Part shown: piece after piece, positions 12,969 to 26,320 of the stretch
Layout of the letters: each line of letters begins with the position of its first letter
How positions within the stretch are numbered: position 1 is the first letter of the stretch
Assembly (NCBI GenBank): GCA_038087875.1
Contig: CM075989.1
Location: 16,494,001 to 16,558,000, forward strand
DNA from: Malacoraja senta
Lineage: Eukaryota
Direction of reading: 5' to 3'
Length of the DNA stretch: 64,000 nt
The notes under the pieces: model-generated
What the model saw: only the letters and a program-made list of their open reading frames with translations
Database searches by the model: none
What the model was told of the DNA's origin: nothing
Program-made: the position numbers and the translations under genes

Positions 12969-14289
12969 GGTTGTTATGATGGACTTTCAGATGCTAGAAT
13001 CAGTAACAATGAATTGCTGGTGAAAAATGTCCAAGTTAGGATGGTGTGGGATCTGGAGGGGAATCTAAAGATGGTAGTATTACCATGCACCTGCTGCTGT
13101 TTGCCTTATTGCTGGCAGAGATTATGGGCTTGGGACTTACTGTCAGCCTGGGTGAGTAAGTGCAGTGCGTTTGTGGACAGTACACATTGCAGCCACAGGG
13201 CACTGGTGATGGAGGGAGTGAATGTTTCGGGTGGTAGGTGGGGTGCTTTGTCTTGAATGGTACCAAGCTTCTTATCTGGAATTGGGAGAAATATAACAGA
13301 CGTCCCAGTAACCGACTGAAAGTTGTCAAGGAATTATCTTCAAGGAATGAAGAAAAAACTATATGACAGCTTGTTTTTGTATACCATGCTCAGTGACTTA
13401 TCAACCTGACAGGGTACTCTGGCTGGTAGCCAAAAATACTTGGAACAAACCATTCACATATCAAAGTTAATAATTTGCTATTTGCTTTCCTCCTGCCCAA
13501 ACTGACAGCTGGTATGTTTATGATGTATGGTCGTCAAAGCAAATACTGATAAAATTGTCCTGTGGGCCTTTAGCAGTACATTCACTCGTTTCTCCCCATA
13601 TTTCACTCACTGTGAGCGAGGCAGGCAGTCTTGACTCGACCTTCATGATGAAAAGTTGGAGCAGACAAGCATGTATGATCATTAAACCTTCAGAACTGCT
13701 CGAGTTCAAATGGTCATTGACAATGAATTATGTAAGCAATTGCATAGAACACATTCTTTACACATTGTTATTGTTTTTAAAGCAGGAATAAAGATGGCAC
13801 AGAATATGAATATCTGTGAAAGTCTAATGGTATTTTTGACAAATAGAGCAAGATGAAAATTAGGATAGATTCATTAATACACGGTGGATGCACTAATTTC
13901 ACCGTTTGTTTGCAGTATCAATTTTCTACTTTAAAATATTTTTTTCCCATTTGAGATTTCTGTACAGCTAACAATTTGCACTTTGGTATTTATGCTGAAA
14001 ATGCTGCTTTTAAAATCCATCCACTTGGAAATAAGTCAAGAATTTATCACTTTGTTTTCAGCCTGAAGGTGTTTGACAATGTGGCCCCACATTACCTCGA
14101 CTGCCTCCCACCAGACAAACACTGCTGTAAAGTGATGACATTCTGTGCAGAAATATGGGCTGGGGGAGCAAAGTCTATGGCATATCGCCTGTACAAAGTG
14201 CAGACTGAAGTTGCTATTTCTTGAAAAGGCCGAGAAATACAATTGCTTAATACATATATTTTGAAGGCTCTTCAATTGAGCGAAGACTC

Positions 14290-15420
14290 GAGAGGCAACA
14301 GATGCTGGAGTGTGGAGCAAAGAACAAACTGCTGTAGGAACTCAGCATGTAAGGCACTGGACAGACAGAACTTTGGATTGAGACCCTTCATCTGGGCTGA
14401 TTGAGTGGATGGAAGATAACCAGTATAAAGATGTGAGGGGGGGGGGGGGGGGGAGGATGGATGGAACAAGACCTGGTAAGCAATAGGTGAATCTAGGTGA
14501 GGAGCAGAGGATTGGTGAACGGAGTGAGTTTGAAGGAGATGTGGATAGTGACAGGGACTGGGACTTGAATGGTAGAGGTTACGAGGGGCTGCAGATGGGG
14601 AAATCTGATGGGAAAGGAAGTGTGGATTGTGCGACCAAATAAGGAGGTTGGGTGGGAATAGTGGGGGAAGCAGATCCAATGGGAGGAATATGTAGAAATA
14701 TGAAGGAGGAAAGTCTATGGTATATTGCCTGTACCAAGGGAGATGGGCAGGCAGAAAGAAGGATACCTGCAGGAGGATGTGGATAGATAAATAGGAGGAA
14801 GAAAGGGATCAAGTGTAGGCAGGTTACCTAAAATTAGAGATTGCAATGTTCATGCAGTCAGGTGTTAGACTACTGAGGAATGTGAGGTGCTTGGTTTCAT
14901 CCTGGCTGCAGAGGAGGTTGAGGACAGACGGTATGGGAATGGGAGGGTGGTTGCCACATCTAGATCACCTAATCCAATAGATGGGGTTAAAGGAGATGAA
15001 TATAAATCCCTGCATCACCTGGAAGTGCTGTTGGGGTCCCCGGATGTCAGTGAAGGTGTTGGTATAGATGTTGCACCTCCTTGTGATTATACAGGAAAGT
15101 ATCTGGTGGAAGGATGGGTAGGGAGGGATGAGTGAACCTGGGAGTCACTAAGAGAGTGGTTCCTTCAGAAACCAGAAAGTGTCAGGGAGAGAAAGATTTG
15201 CCTGATGGTGGGATCATTTTGTAGCTGTATCAAAGAATGATGTGCCTCTCATCCACACCTTCCTCACATCAGGTCCCCTCTCTCACTGTTCCCATCGGTA
15301 CAACCCACCCTTATTTGGTCCCACATTCCACCCTCCTTTCCCATCAAAGTCTATCCTCTGCACTCCCATTACCTGCACCATTCACTTCACTATCACCACC
15401 CCTTTCTCCCCAACTCACTT
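14290..15420 (-). mobile_element. Old Penelope-like element with inverted partial terminal repeat
   Basis: Degenerate homology to the GIY-YIG element. 15300-15420 is a diverged inverted copy of about 14522-14655. Confidence 0.6.
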
Positions 15421-16575
15421 CATAGATGCAGGAGTAGGCGATTTGGCCCTTCGAGACAGCATCGACATTCAATAGGATCATGGCTGATCATCCAAAATCA
15501 GTACCCCGTTCTGGCTTTTTCCCCATATCCCTTGATTCCCTTAGCCCTAAGAACTAAATCTAACTACCTCTTGAAAACATCCAGTGAATTGGCCTCCACT
15601 GCCTTCTGTGGCAGAGAATTCCACAGGTTCACAACTCTCTGGGTGAAAAGGTTTTTCCTCATCTCAGTCCTAAATGGCCTACCCCTTATTCTTAAACTGT
15701 GACCCCTGGTTCTGGACTCCCCCAACATCGGGAACATTTTTCCTACATCTACCTTGTCCAATCCTCTAAAGAAATTTATATGTTTCTATGATTCCCTCTC
15801 ATCCTTCTAAATTCCAGCGAATACAAGCCCAGTCGCCCATTCTTTCATCATAGGTCAGTCCCGCCATCCCGGGAATTAACCTTGTGAACCTACGCTGCAC
15901 TCCCTCTTTTGCAATAATGTCCTTCCTCAAATTAGGAGACCAAAATTGTATACTCCAGGTGCAGTTTTACCAGGGCCCTGTACAACTGCAGTAGGACCTC
16001 CTTGCTCCCAAACGACTTTGAGTCCTGAAAAGCGCAATATTTTAAAAAAAAATAATAAATCTATTATTATTATTAAACTCAAATCCTCTCGCAATGAAGG
16101 CCAACATGCCATTGGCTTTCTTCACTGCCTTCTGTACCTGCATGCTTACACTTGCAGTGACTGATGTACAAGCACACCCAGGTCTCGTTGCACCTCCCCT
16201 TCTCCTAATCTGACACCATTCAGATAACAATCTGCCTTACTGTTCTTGCCACCAAAGTGGATAACCTCACATTTATCCATATTATACTGCATCTGCCATG
16301 ATTCTGCCCACTCACCCAACCTATTCAAGTCACCCTGCAGCTTCATAGCATCTTCCTCACAGCTCACACTGCCACCCAGCTTTGTGTCATCCGCAAACTT
16401 AGAGATATTACATTTAATTCCCTTGTCTAAATCGTTAATATATATTGTAAACAACTGGGGTACCAGCACTGAGCCTTGCGGCACCCCACTAGTCACTGCC
16501 TGCCATTCTGAAAAGGATCCGTTATTTTCTACTCTTTGCTTCCTGTCTCCCAACCAGTTCTCTATCCATGTCAAT
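15421..16575 (-). mobile_element. CR1 LINE, RT domain to 3' end
   Basis: ORF 16146..16589 GVPQGSVLVPQLFTIYINDLD...KFADDTKLGG (RT motifs) and ORF 15564..15761 (C-terminus). Confidence 0.93.
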
Positions 16576-16639
16576 CCACCCCTCCTCACCTGGATCCACT
16601 TATTGCATGCAGCTCTTGCCCCAACCCACTCACTTTTAA

Positions 16640-16945
16640 ATCAGAAGGGTTCCGACAAAAATGTTCCCTATCCATTTCCTCCACAAATGTTGCCTGACAT
16701 GCTGTTTTCCTGCAGCACTTTGTGTTTTGCTGCCACTTTCAATGACTTATGCATCTACACTCACAGACCCCCCTGCACCATATCTTAGTAGAACAGTATC
16801 ATTACTGTCGACCCTCAGAAGAAGGTCTTGTCTTGAAACGTCACCTATCCATGTTCTCCAGAGAGGCTGCCTGACCGGCTGAGTTACTCCAGCACTTTTT
16901 CTTTTGTGTAGTAACCAGCATCTGTAGTTCTTTGTTTCCACTACT
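16640..16945 (+). mobile_element. Two degenerate Penelope-like terminal-repeat fragments
   Basis: cagaagaaggtcttgtcttgaaacgtcacc...gctgagttactccagcac. Confidence 0.65.
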
Positions 16946-16964
16946 TGTGGAAACTCCATTACTC

Positions 16965-17046
16965 GGGAATCTCTTATTCGGTTATCGCGGACAATCGCCA
17001 ATTCCGCATCACCCCCCCATGGTCCGTTATAACAAGGGTTATCTGT
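16965..17046. mobile_element. Possible Tigger/pogo-like MITE fragment
   Basis: CpG-rich stretch ending gtccgttataacaagggttatctg, resembling a Tigger-type TIR. Only one end is seen. Confidence 0.35.
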
Positions 17047-17939
17047 GATTCTATGTTGCCTCTCCTCATTCGTCCGACAAAATTCATCACCTCACGTTTC
17101 TCAGCTATAAACTCCTTCAGCTCTACACTTGCCCATTCAAGTGGGCTGTTTACACCCTGCTGCAGTCTATCACTACCCTTCTCACAGTTTTTGACACTCA
17201 AGGTGTGAGCCAAACTGCTAAGGATTTTTTCTCCTTTGTAATTCCAGAGCAGTTAGCAGTGGAGTCAAATTTCTAGGACTAAGAGTCCACAGACATGTTT
17301 CTGTTGTGTGTTTGCCATCAAAAATGTTCAGGCAAAATTATACTGCATTCTTTGATTCATAGGTTGTTGAACATCAAACCATTCAGCTCGCTATAATTCT
17401 CTTGTTCGTTTTAACGTTTATTTTGACTCACCAATACTGTAGTTTGTGGGGGCACTTGCATCCTTTCCATTGATTTAATGAGATCTCGCACATCTGATAT
17501 GCATAACCCCATAAAGCAACATCTTGGCTGGTACACTGAGCGCAGTACACAGCTTGCAATGATACTTACACTATTAGAAATCTCAGGCCAGAGTGAATTG
17601 CCAGAACCCATCAGCGAAACTGATCCATAAACTGAATCATATAACTCGCTCACAACAGGAGCGAAAGGAAAAACATGGGACTTCAAGTGGTAAGGACATA
17701 TGATTTGAACCAAGATAACTCCTTATGAGTGTGCTTTATTTTCATGAAAGTTATGAAATGTGGCAGAAGAAACAGAGATGGGATGAAAAGAAAATCTTTA
17801 GCACAGCAAATTTCTGTGATTCGGAATGCACTTTGGAAATGTGGTGGAAGCAGATTGAACTGTAACGTTCAAAATAATAATAGGTCCATAATTCAAAATA
17901 AAGGAACTCAAGCTTTGGAGAAAGTGCAGAGTGGGGAAG

Positions 17940-18310
17940 AAATGGGGTCTCCTCCCAATATTGGTCCCTTCGGCCCACCCTACCCCCCCTCTCCCCCCAC
18001 CTTGTTACCATGCTTCACCTGCTTTCCTATCAGATTTCATCCACCTCTCAGACTGTGTCACTATATCCATCTCCCTTGCCTGACTCCATTGCCAATCAAC
18101 CACTCCTCACCTCAATACACCTGTCACTGGCAGTGCTTGCCCCATCCCTCCCCTTCGCCTCTTTATACCAGCTATCTCCCCTCTCCTCTCAGTCCAGATG
18201 AAATGTCTCAATCCAAAATATTGTCTGTCCATCTCCCTCCACAAATGACCAGCTGGCTTCCCCCGGCAGATTGGCTGTTGCTCCAGATTCCAGCATCTGT
18301 AGTCTCTTGT
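17940..18310 (+). mobile_element. Old Penelope-like terminal region
   Basis: Pyrimidine-rich tract, decayed cagtccagatgaa...atccaaaatattgtctg motif, and ccagcatctgtagt. Confidence 0.5.
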
Positions 18311-19239
18311 GTGCTCGCCAGCCTGCTGTTGCTACAACCCAGTCCATATAACCTTATCCTGATAAATAACTAGGGAGGTGATGGTGTGGGAGGCGAGTTT
18401 GGGAGGAGGCAGAGGAAACCAGGAAAAAGAATGTAGGCCCTGGGGAGCAACCTACCCTCTTCTTGGCTAGAGAGGCATGATTATTCCACTAATGACAGAT
18501 AAAGAGGAAAAACTACTGAAATGGATTAGGGGTGTTGAAGGTTTTAATTTTATGTTCCTGTGGCAATTGCTTGGCTAACATCCGACAACAGCTTGCAGCA
18601 GTGGGAACCGTGAAGGAGAATACATTTGAAGATAAGCTCATCTTTGCTGCAGTTGGACTTTAGTCCTCCTTAAGAGATGGTTGGTTTTATTATTAATGCT
18701 GCTTCAAAACACATCATCCTAAGGGCAAAATAATCTCAGCATTATCCAATATTGTATCCAATATTGCCCAGCTTTCTATATTTTCTTTAAATGTTAACAA
18801 ATTTACTGGTGAAGTATGAAATGTTTGTTTAAGGACAAGAATAGGATCACATAGCTTGGAATCAACCCAAGGCTGGATTTCCAGCTGACCATTGGATTTT
18901 CCAGTGCTTTGGTGTGAACGGCATCTTTCACTCAATATCACAAAGACCATTAAAAGTACTAAGGACAAGAATGGGAACTGATCCCATCTGTGCAACATCA
19001 GTAGGTTGCTCCTCAAAATGATTTTGAAGATTCCTACAGTCAACTTATTTCCATTCCCTATGTCTAACTAATCACAGGATAAAATGTCCCTTCCCTTACA
19101 TGCAGCTGAATAAATTATTCTCTTTTCCTGTATCATAGAGCACAGAAACAGTCCCATTGGCCCACCATGTCCATGGTGACATTATTGCGACCAATGTTTT
19201 GTAAGGTTGCAACATAACGTCCCAATTCTTATATTTTAT

Positions 19240-19965
19240 GTCAGAGGTGAAATGAGGACAAAAGGATGTCAGGAAGAAAAGGGAATAAAAGGTAAAGCTG
19301 GAGGGAGGAATAGTGAGTGGAAGAGGCAGAGGGGATAAAAGGGAAATGGAAAGGCTCAAAGTAAGGAGAGTGGGGAATGAGCAGCAGGAAGGGGGGCAAG
19401 GAATAGGGTGACTAGGGTAATGGGAAATAGTTGTGCACATGGCAGGGTGGTGGGTTGATAAGAAGGTGGGGGGGGGGGGGCGGGAATTGAGGGCTTTACT
19501 TGAAATTGGAGAATTCAATGATCATGCCGTTGAGTTGTAGGCGAACTAAGCAGAATATGGGAGGGTGTTCTACCAGTTTGCAAATGGCCTCACTCTGGTA
19601 GTGGAAGAAGTTGAGGACTAAATGGTTGGTATGGGAATGGGAATCCGAGTTAAAATAGTTAGCAACCTGGAGCTTCAGCAGGCCTTGGCAGATAAAGTGC
19701 AAGTGCTTGGCAAAATGGTCAGAGTAAGAAATAATGAGCCAGCTAGGGCAGTCTTGTTTGTGGAATTTGGGAAGGAGATAGAAACAGGAAGTATGGTTGG
19801 GTAACTATAAGGTTAGAAGCTGTGGAGGGGAGATTGCCAGAAGCGATATGATCTGTGATGATTTAAGAGATGGTGGCTTGGTGTTCTTCAGTGAAGTCAA
19901 GGTCAAGGTGCACAAACGAGGTGGTGTTGAGAGCTGACGTCTGGCCTCTTCATGGTAGAGGTCAG
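19240..19965 (-). mobile_element. Old Penelope-like fragment
   Basis: Minus-strand remnants LQVANYFNSDSHSH...CKLVEH..IFCLVRLQLNGM (GIY-YIG C-terminus) and DLYHEEARRQLS (RT N-terminal region). Confidence 0.6.
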
Positions 19966-21989
19966 GATCCCGTGGTGTACTATTGGTCACAGAATTCCAA
20001 TCAGAAAAGCATCCCTCCGCCATTGTGCACTGCAAGGTAATTTTGAAGCCAATGAGCTAGTTCGCCTTGGATCCCCATGCACCTTAAACTTCTGGACTAT
20101 CCTATCATGCTGGACCTTGTCAAAAGCTTGAAATTGGCATGGGTTTATTATTGCCACAGTTGCTGATATATAGTGAAAAACTTCTTACAGTGGTCTGGGA
20201 TATCCTGTGGTCATTACACGAGCTCTCTTTTTTCCCTATCTAATGTTGTTATACGGTATGCTGTAGTTATGTTCTGTCTCTGCTGCTTGAGTTGCCAACT
20301 CTCAATCCCTCCAAATGAGCCTCACTGTCCCACGCTTCTTCTGTATCTATGTGTGATCCATCCTCACAGGTCAGCCTCTAAACATTGGCAATCATCTCTT
20401 GGTACAATTCTGGACTGTATCTTTGGATTTAACAGGAAGACATAAGCAATAAGTTACAAGATAAAAGAACACTGTGTAGACTCAGGCAGAGAGCAGTAGC
20501 TGGAGTTATTGTAACAGTGAGAAAGGGAATGAGGAAATAGTTGATAAAATTCAGAAAATTACATAGACAGAAAGGATAAAAATACAAAATGTGAAAGAGT
20601 GGGAGAGTTGCCAATCTTTCATTTGTTTAGAGGTAAAAAACATTGGTAAAATGTTGTATAATGTAATTTTACATAGTGTTTTTTACGGGTGAACATTGAG
20701 TGTGCTTACCTTAAATGGATGAGTAGGCAAGTATGCACACCTCTTAGTAACATGTTGAGACAACACAATGCTGTGTCATCCAGTGCAGCTGGATATAGTG
20801 TTATTTCCCTTCTAGCAAATTCCAGATGTCTGGCACATTTACACCAAACAATAAATAGGCACTTTCAAACTAGGAGGGAACAGCTTGCCCAGGAACAGAG
20901 CTGCTTGGCAACTGAAAGCAACACATGGATGCTGAGAAATGTTTGAACTATAACTTAATGGGGCAGTCAAGAAAAATAAAAGCTTTGTGTGATTCACTGC
21001 AACTCAAGGCTTAGATTATTCACTTGACCATTGACGGCTGAAATAACATTTCCTTCTATTTAATGTAACAATGCTTTCTCTGGAAAACCAACAATCAAAT
21101 AATATTAATGGATAAATCACAGCTATTTTTATAATATCAAAATAAAAAAAAGGAAAACCACAAAACTTCCTATAGCCATTGAACCGACATAAAATCAAGT
21201 TCTTGTTCAGCAAAAAGCACAAGATTTGAATTCACCCTGCAGAACGCAACAACTTCCCTAGAATAGCCTCAGTAAGTTTTGATATATGGTAGATGTCACT
21301 GATGACGACAGCACAAATCATGAGAGAAGGAAAAGCACTGCTACATTCAATATGTCTAGTCAGGAACCAGCTCGAACCGAATGAAGGAAAGGCAAAGTGA
21401 AGGGAGGTTCTGCTTCCTGCATTTTTCATGTTGACGATTGTTCTCCTCATGAGGCATTTTTATATCACGGCTTTTCCATTTCATTTTTTTCCAGATACTA
21501 GATTTCTGCAAACTTCTTGAAAATCCTACAATCCCTGTTCTATTCCAACACCACACTTTCTTGTAGCACAAAATGTTGAAAACACAAGCAGACTAATGCA
21601 CTTGGAATGAACACGATTGAGCTGCTGGTCTAGAGTTCAATATTAATCAGCTGGGACACCACATAAATGTAATAACTTTGGTATGATAGAACAGCATTTC
21701 TAGTGGGATCAGTAATAGTAAACACTTGAAGATGTTGTACATGGTGTGTTACAAACTCAAAAGGTTATTTTTACTTTCAATCCCCATAGTTGCCACATAC
21801 TGCTATAATTTCTCAGAACTGATAATAGTGATCAAAAAAGTACCTTGGGTACAGTTATATAAAGTGAAGAAAAGTGTAATCCTGGGAGAAAGCAAAAGCA
21901 AACTAGAGTTTTGGAGGTAAGGATTGCTATGTATGTGAGCAACAGCATTAGAACATAAGAAATATGTTATAATTGTCAGGTTCTGATTC

Positions 21990-22270
21990 ACATAATGGAA
22001 ATGTCCAACACTAGAGGGCATAGCAATAAGGTGAAAGGGGGAAAGTTAAATGGCGATATGCGAGGCAAGTTATTTTTTTACACAGAGAGTGGCGGAGGCA
22101 GCAACGCATGACCAGGGGTGGTGGTGGAGGCAGATACGATAGTGGCGTTTTAGATAGGCACATGGAGTGCAGGGAATAGAGGGATATGGATCATGTCCAG
22201 GCAGATGAGATCAGTTTAACTATGCATCGTGTTCAGCACAAACATTGTGGGCCAATGAACCAGTTACTGT
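21990..22270 (+). mobile_element. CR1 LINE 3' fragment
   Basis: Same subfamily as 4785-5125. Confidence 0.75.
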
Positions 22271-22495
22271 TCTGTTAAATAGGACCAGGAGTCGGCCATC
22301 AGTCCCTTTGTCCCTGCATGCCATTGATCAAAATCACAGTTGATCGCCTGCCTCTACAATATCCCCCATTACGATGGAGGCTATTGAATCTCTATTCCAA
22401 TTTTTGATCTAAGACGAACCACAACTATTATCTAGTAAATGTTATTGTTAACTGAAAAATCACACTGGTCATAATTTGTTTACATTTTAACTCAC

Positions 22496-22664
22496 CAAAA
22501 CTAGTGGATCGATTTGCCAGACTGGTATAAGAAGGTCCTCCAGGTGAAGATGTGGACACAGGACTGGAAAGGGGACTGAAGGTAGCTGGGTCTGCAGGAA
22601 AACTATGACTTGATCCCATGGCAAAAGGTGGTGACTGTCCTTTACTGGATTGGGAGGCCACTTG
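22496..22664 (-). CDS. ARNT2: ARNT2 coding exon (169 nt)
   Basis: ttttttcag|CAA GTG...TTT G|gtgagt encodes QVASQSSKGQSPPFAMGSSHSFPADPATFSPLSSPVSTSSPGGPSYTSLANRSTSF. Phase 0 in, phase 1 out. Overlaps ORF 22428..22661. Confidence 0.95.
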
Positions 22665-23239
22665 CTGAAAAAAGATAATGCCATTTTAAAATTGCAATTA
22701 CTTCATCTCAATAGACATAAGTACTGACAAATTGCATTGAATCAAATCCCTCAAAGAAAATATTTAAGTGGCAAGAATCATTAAATGGTATACCAAGATA
22801 AAATTGTGAATTGAGCATAATGCAGCTCTGACTCATCCACAAGATCAAAATAACATAGGCACAAAGAACTAAATGCAAAAATGAGCCAGAGATTATATTT
22901 TAAAATAATATTTCCAATGTTTGGTACAAATCTGAACCCTGGTAGTGAACCTGCAACACTTTTAAGTATCTTAACCCCACATTTTTGTTTTGGCTGTGCA
23001 GATGGTTTTAGTTATTCCCAGGAGTTGGTGGGGACATTGCATTTTTTACAAGAAGGCTTGGAGAATATCCTTGAAATATTTATTCAATTCATCTGGTAAT
23101 CTATTACAGAATAGAGTGCAACAGGTTTAAACGATGAGAGCAGCAACACCACAATATATAACCTCTTTTGACCTCACTAGAGCTTTGGATTCTGTCAGTC
23201 AACAAGTACTGTTCAATACCTCCTCATTTATCGTATAAC

Positions 23240-24060
23240 TTAGAACAAGGCAGCAGACATTGCAGACCCTTCAGCCCACCATGTCTGTGCCAATCAGATG
23301 CCAATCTAACTAATTCCATTAACCTGCACATGGTGCACATCACTCTAGCCCCCCCTCCCCCGTTTATGTATTTGTATAAATGCCTCTTAAATATTGCTAT
23401 CGTATCTATCACCACTACCTTCCTTGGCAGTGTACTCCTTGCACTCAGTCTGTGACAATCAAGAGAAAACAATCCAAGTTTGTCCAATCTCTCCTCACTG
23501 GCTGTCCCTTGGTAAAGAAGACGGACTTATGGATAACTGTATATAAAAATATCTCAAAATATTACATTCAAACATCTGACATATGTCTACATGTTCATTC
23601 CTGTAAACAGCATAACTAGTTTCCTCTCTCTCCCCACTTTTAATAATTGATCTCTCTTATCAGTTTTATGTCCTTTAGATGCCATTCATTCTAATACTGA
23701 GGAGGTAGTTATCATATTGAGTTTTTTTGTGCATTAAACAAAAATGGAAATATCAACTTATGGGCATCTGTAAAAGTGGATGGATCAGTCTGCATAGGCA
23801 ACATCCTGGTGAACCCTTTCTGAACCCTCTCCACACAATACTCCAAATGCGGCCTAACCAAAGTATTGTACAGCTGCAACATGATCTCCAGACATTTATA
23901 TTCAGAGCCCCAACTTACTTCTGTTGCCAGAGAGCTATGGACTTACACTCCATGATCCCTGTGTACTTCAAACCTCCTAAGGGTCCTGTCATTTATTGTA
24001 TACTTTCCTCTGGAATTTGACTTCCCAAAGTGCCTCACCTCTCACTTGCCAGATTCAACC
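23240..24060 (-). mobile_element. Old CR1 fragments (interrupted)
   Basis: MDKLGLFSL...LPRKVV..DTIAIFKRHL remnants. Confidence 0.55.
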
Positions 24061-24783
24061 TCATCTTGTTAAGCACCAAATTACAACAGGAACTTGCAGC
24101 AGAGACATTGTTTAAAATAATTCTTAGAGCCAGACTGGATAAATTAGGTCATCTTCTTCCTTATCTGTGAAGCCAGAGGGAAAAGGAAGGAATGATGTCA
24201 GGATTTTGACAGTTGCAGGTATACAATGAGCCACCCAACATCATCACAGGCGGCCCTGCTTTTATTGTAGGTGTCAATCTGTTTCAGACAACTGCACACA
24301 TGTAAGAAGTGTTGCCAACTTATGCCACAGAAAAAAATGCAAGCATAAATTAAACATAAATAAGTGAAAACACTCATTAGGTCAGGCAGTATCTGGAAGG
24401 AGACAGACAAAATGTGTAGGAAGGAACTGCAGATACTGGCTCTGTGGAAGGAGAAACAATGTTTCCGGCTGACAATCCGTTGACAAAACTGGGAAACGGA
24501 GGAACATGTTAGTTTTAAATTGCAGAGAGTGGAGGAGCGGTCGATAAAGCAATGGGGATACCACTGATGAGGTGAGCCAAGGCCACCAGAGGGTTTGGAT
24601 GCAAATTAAGTCATCCAGTGGGGAAGTTCATGAGAATGGTTACACAGCAAGAAAATATTGATGCAGGAATATAGAGCCCCTGATATGAGGGTGATTAGAG
24701 AGTGAACAGAAATTAAAGAATGTAAAAGCAGCTTTTTTTTTTTGCTGTAAGAAATGATCGGTAGATCAGATGGTGATAATGAC

Positions 24784-25081
24784 CAGCACAATGGCGCAGC
24801 GATAGAGTTGCTGCCTCACAGCGCCAAAGACCTGGTTTCAACCCTGACTACAGGTGCTATCTGTACAGAGTTGATATGTTCTCCCTGGGTTTTCTCCAGG
24901 TGCTCCGGTTTCCACCCACATTCCAAAGATGTGCAGGTTTGTAGGTTAATTGGCTTCTGTAAATTGTCCCTAGTGTGTATGATAGAACTAGACTACGGGT
25001 GATCATTGGTCAGTGGAGACACAGTCGGCCGAAGGGCCTATTTCCATGCAGTATCTCTACACTACACTAAACTAAACTAAA
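24784..25081 (+). mobile_element. SINE (HE1/V-SINE-like)
   Basis: tRNA head, V-domain and (taaac)n tail. Confidence 0.88.
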
Positions 25082-25139
25082 TGTCTTGAATATTAGATAA
25101 ATGATCTGCAGAACTGGCTAATTCTGACCGAAACAGAAA

Positions 25140-25785
25140 ATGAGTTATCTAAAGTTGGAGCATTTTCATACTTAGTTCAATAAGGGTGCAATATTCCCAG
25201 ATGGAAGATGAGTTGCTGTTCGTCAAGCTTACATTGATTCTTGCTATAACAGAGAAGGATACGTTAGAGGGGGAGTGGTAATTAAAGTGGCAGGCGCAGA
25301 ATCTCAGGATTGTTCCGGTGGACCGACAACAATTGCTCTGTAAGGTATTCCCCCAATCTGCTTTTGGTTTCTCCAATACCGAAGACACCACATTTTGAAA
25401 ACGGAATGTAATATATTAGATCGGAAGTAGTGCTTGTAAATCTTTGCTTCACATGGAAAGACTGTTTTGATCTATGCATGATGAGAAGAGGTGCGTGCAT
25501 CTGATGTGATCGCACTGGAAAGTACTGTGGGAAGAAGTGTGGTGGAAACAGAAGAGTGAACCATGTATTTGTGAAGGAAATGGTCCCTTCAGAATGCTGA
25601 AAAGGCAGAGGAGAGGCAGAAGCATCAGAGAAAGGGCAGAGGCAGAAGAATCACAAAGAAATCTGAAAGTGCGAAGGATGATTCCCTGAGTGTAAAGGCT
25701 GATGAGATTGGAAGTGAGGAGCTTTGTCCGGGAGGGGTGGGGGGTGGGGGGGGGGGGGGGTTGTGTGTGTGTGTGCGTGTGTGTG

Positions 25786-25817
<32 letters not shown>

Positions 25818-26075
25818 TGCGTGTGTGTGTGATCGCACTGGAAAGTACTGTGGGAAGAAGTGTGGTGGAAACAGAAGAGTGAACCATGTATTTGTGAAGG
25901 AAATGGTCCCTTCAGAATGCTGAAAGGCAGAGGAGAGGCAGAAGCATCAGAGAAAGGGCAGAGGCAGAAGAATCACAAACAAATCTGAAAGTGCGAAGGA
26001 TGATTCCCTGAGTGTAAAGGCTGATGAGATTGGAAGTGAGGAGCTTTGTCCAGGAGGGGTGGGGGGTGGGGGGGT
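25140..26075 (-). mobile_element. Degenerate Penelope-like GIY-YIG fragment with internal tandem duplication
   Basis: KQSFHVKQRFTSTTSDLIYYI...IGETKSRLGEYLTEQL remnants. Confidence 0.75.
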
Positions 26076-26122
26076 TGTGTGTGTGCGTGTGTGTGCGTGC
26101 GTGCGTGCGTGCGTGTGTGTGT
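25505..26122. repeat. About 320-bp near-identical tandem duplication, each unit ending in a (GT)n/(GCGT)n microsatellite
   Basis: gatcgcactggaaagtactgtggg begins at both 25508 and 25831. Confidence 0.9.
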
Positions 26123-26292
26123 GAAAAGCAGTAAGAAATATATGAGATTACATAGAAACATAGAAAATAGGTGCAGGAGTAGGCCATTCGACCCTTCGAG
26201 CCAGCACCGACATTCAATATGATCATAGGTACACAAAAATGCTGGAGAAACTCAGCGGGTGCGGCAGCATCTATGGAGCGAAGGAAATAGGT

Positions 26293-26320
26293 AACGTTTC
26301 GGGCCGAAACCCTTCTTCAG
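26293..26320 (-). ncRNA. Minimal hammerhead-ribozyme-like motif in the Penelope 3' region, sense to ARNT2 pre-mRNA
   Basis: CTGAAGA-A-GGGT(TTCG)GCCC-GAAA-CGTT, about 115 nt 3' of the GIY-YIG stop codon. Confidence 0.65.

Noticed and set aside
12749..13256. ORFs spanning X residues
   Set aside because: Artefacts of the N gap.
17729..18373. 214-aa plus-strand ORF
   Set aside because: Runs through a low-complexity pyrimidine-rich old Penelope terminal region; no recognisable domain.
18714..19043. Minus ORF containing QSTGKSNGQ as a possible missing ARNT2 exon
   Set aside because: Only superficial similarity; lacks the W-x-Q-W-Q motif and suitable splice sites.
25449..26236. ORFs with HT/RT or CV repeats
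   Set aside because: Translations of (GT)n/(GCGT)n microsatellites.
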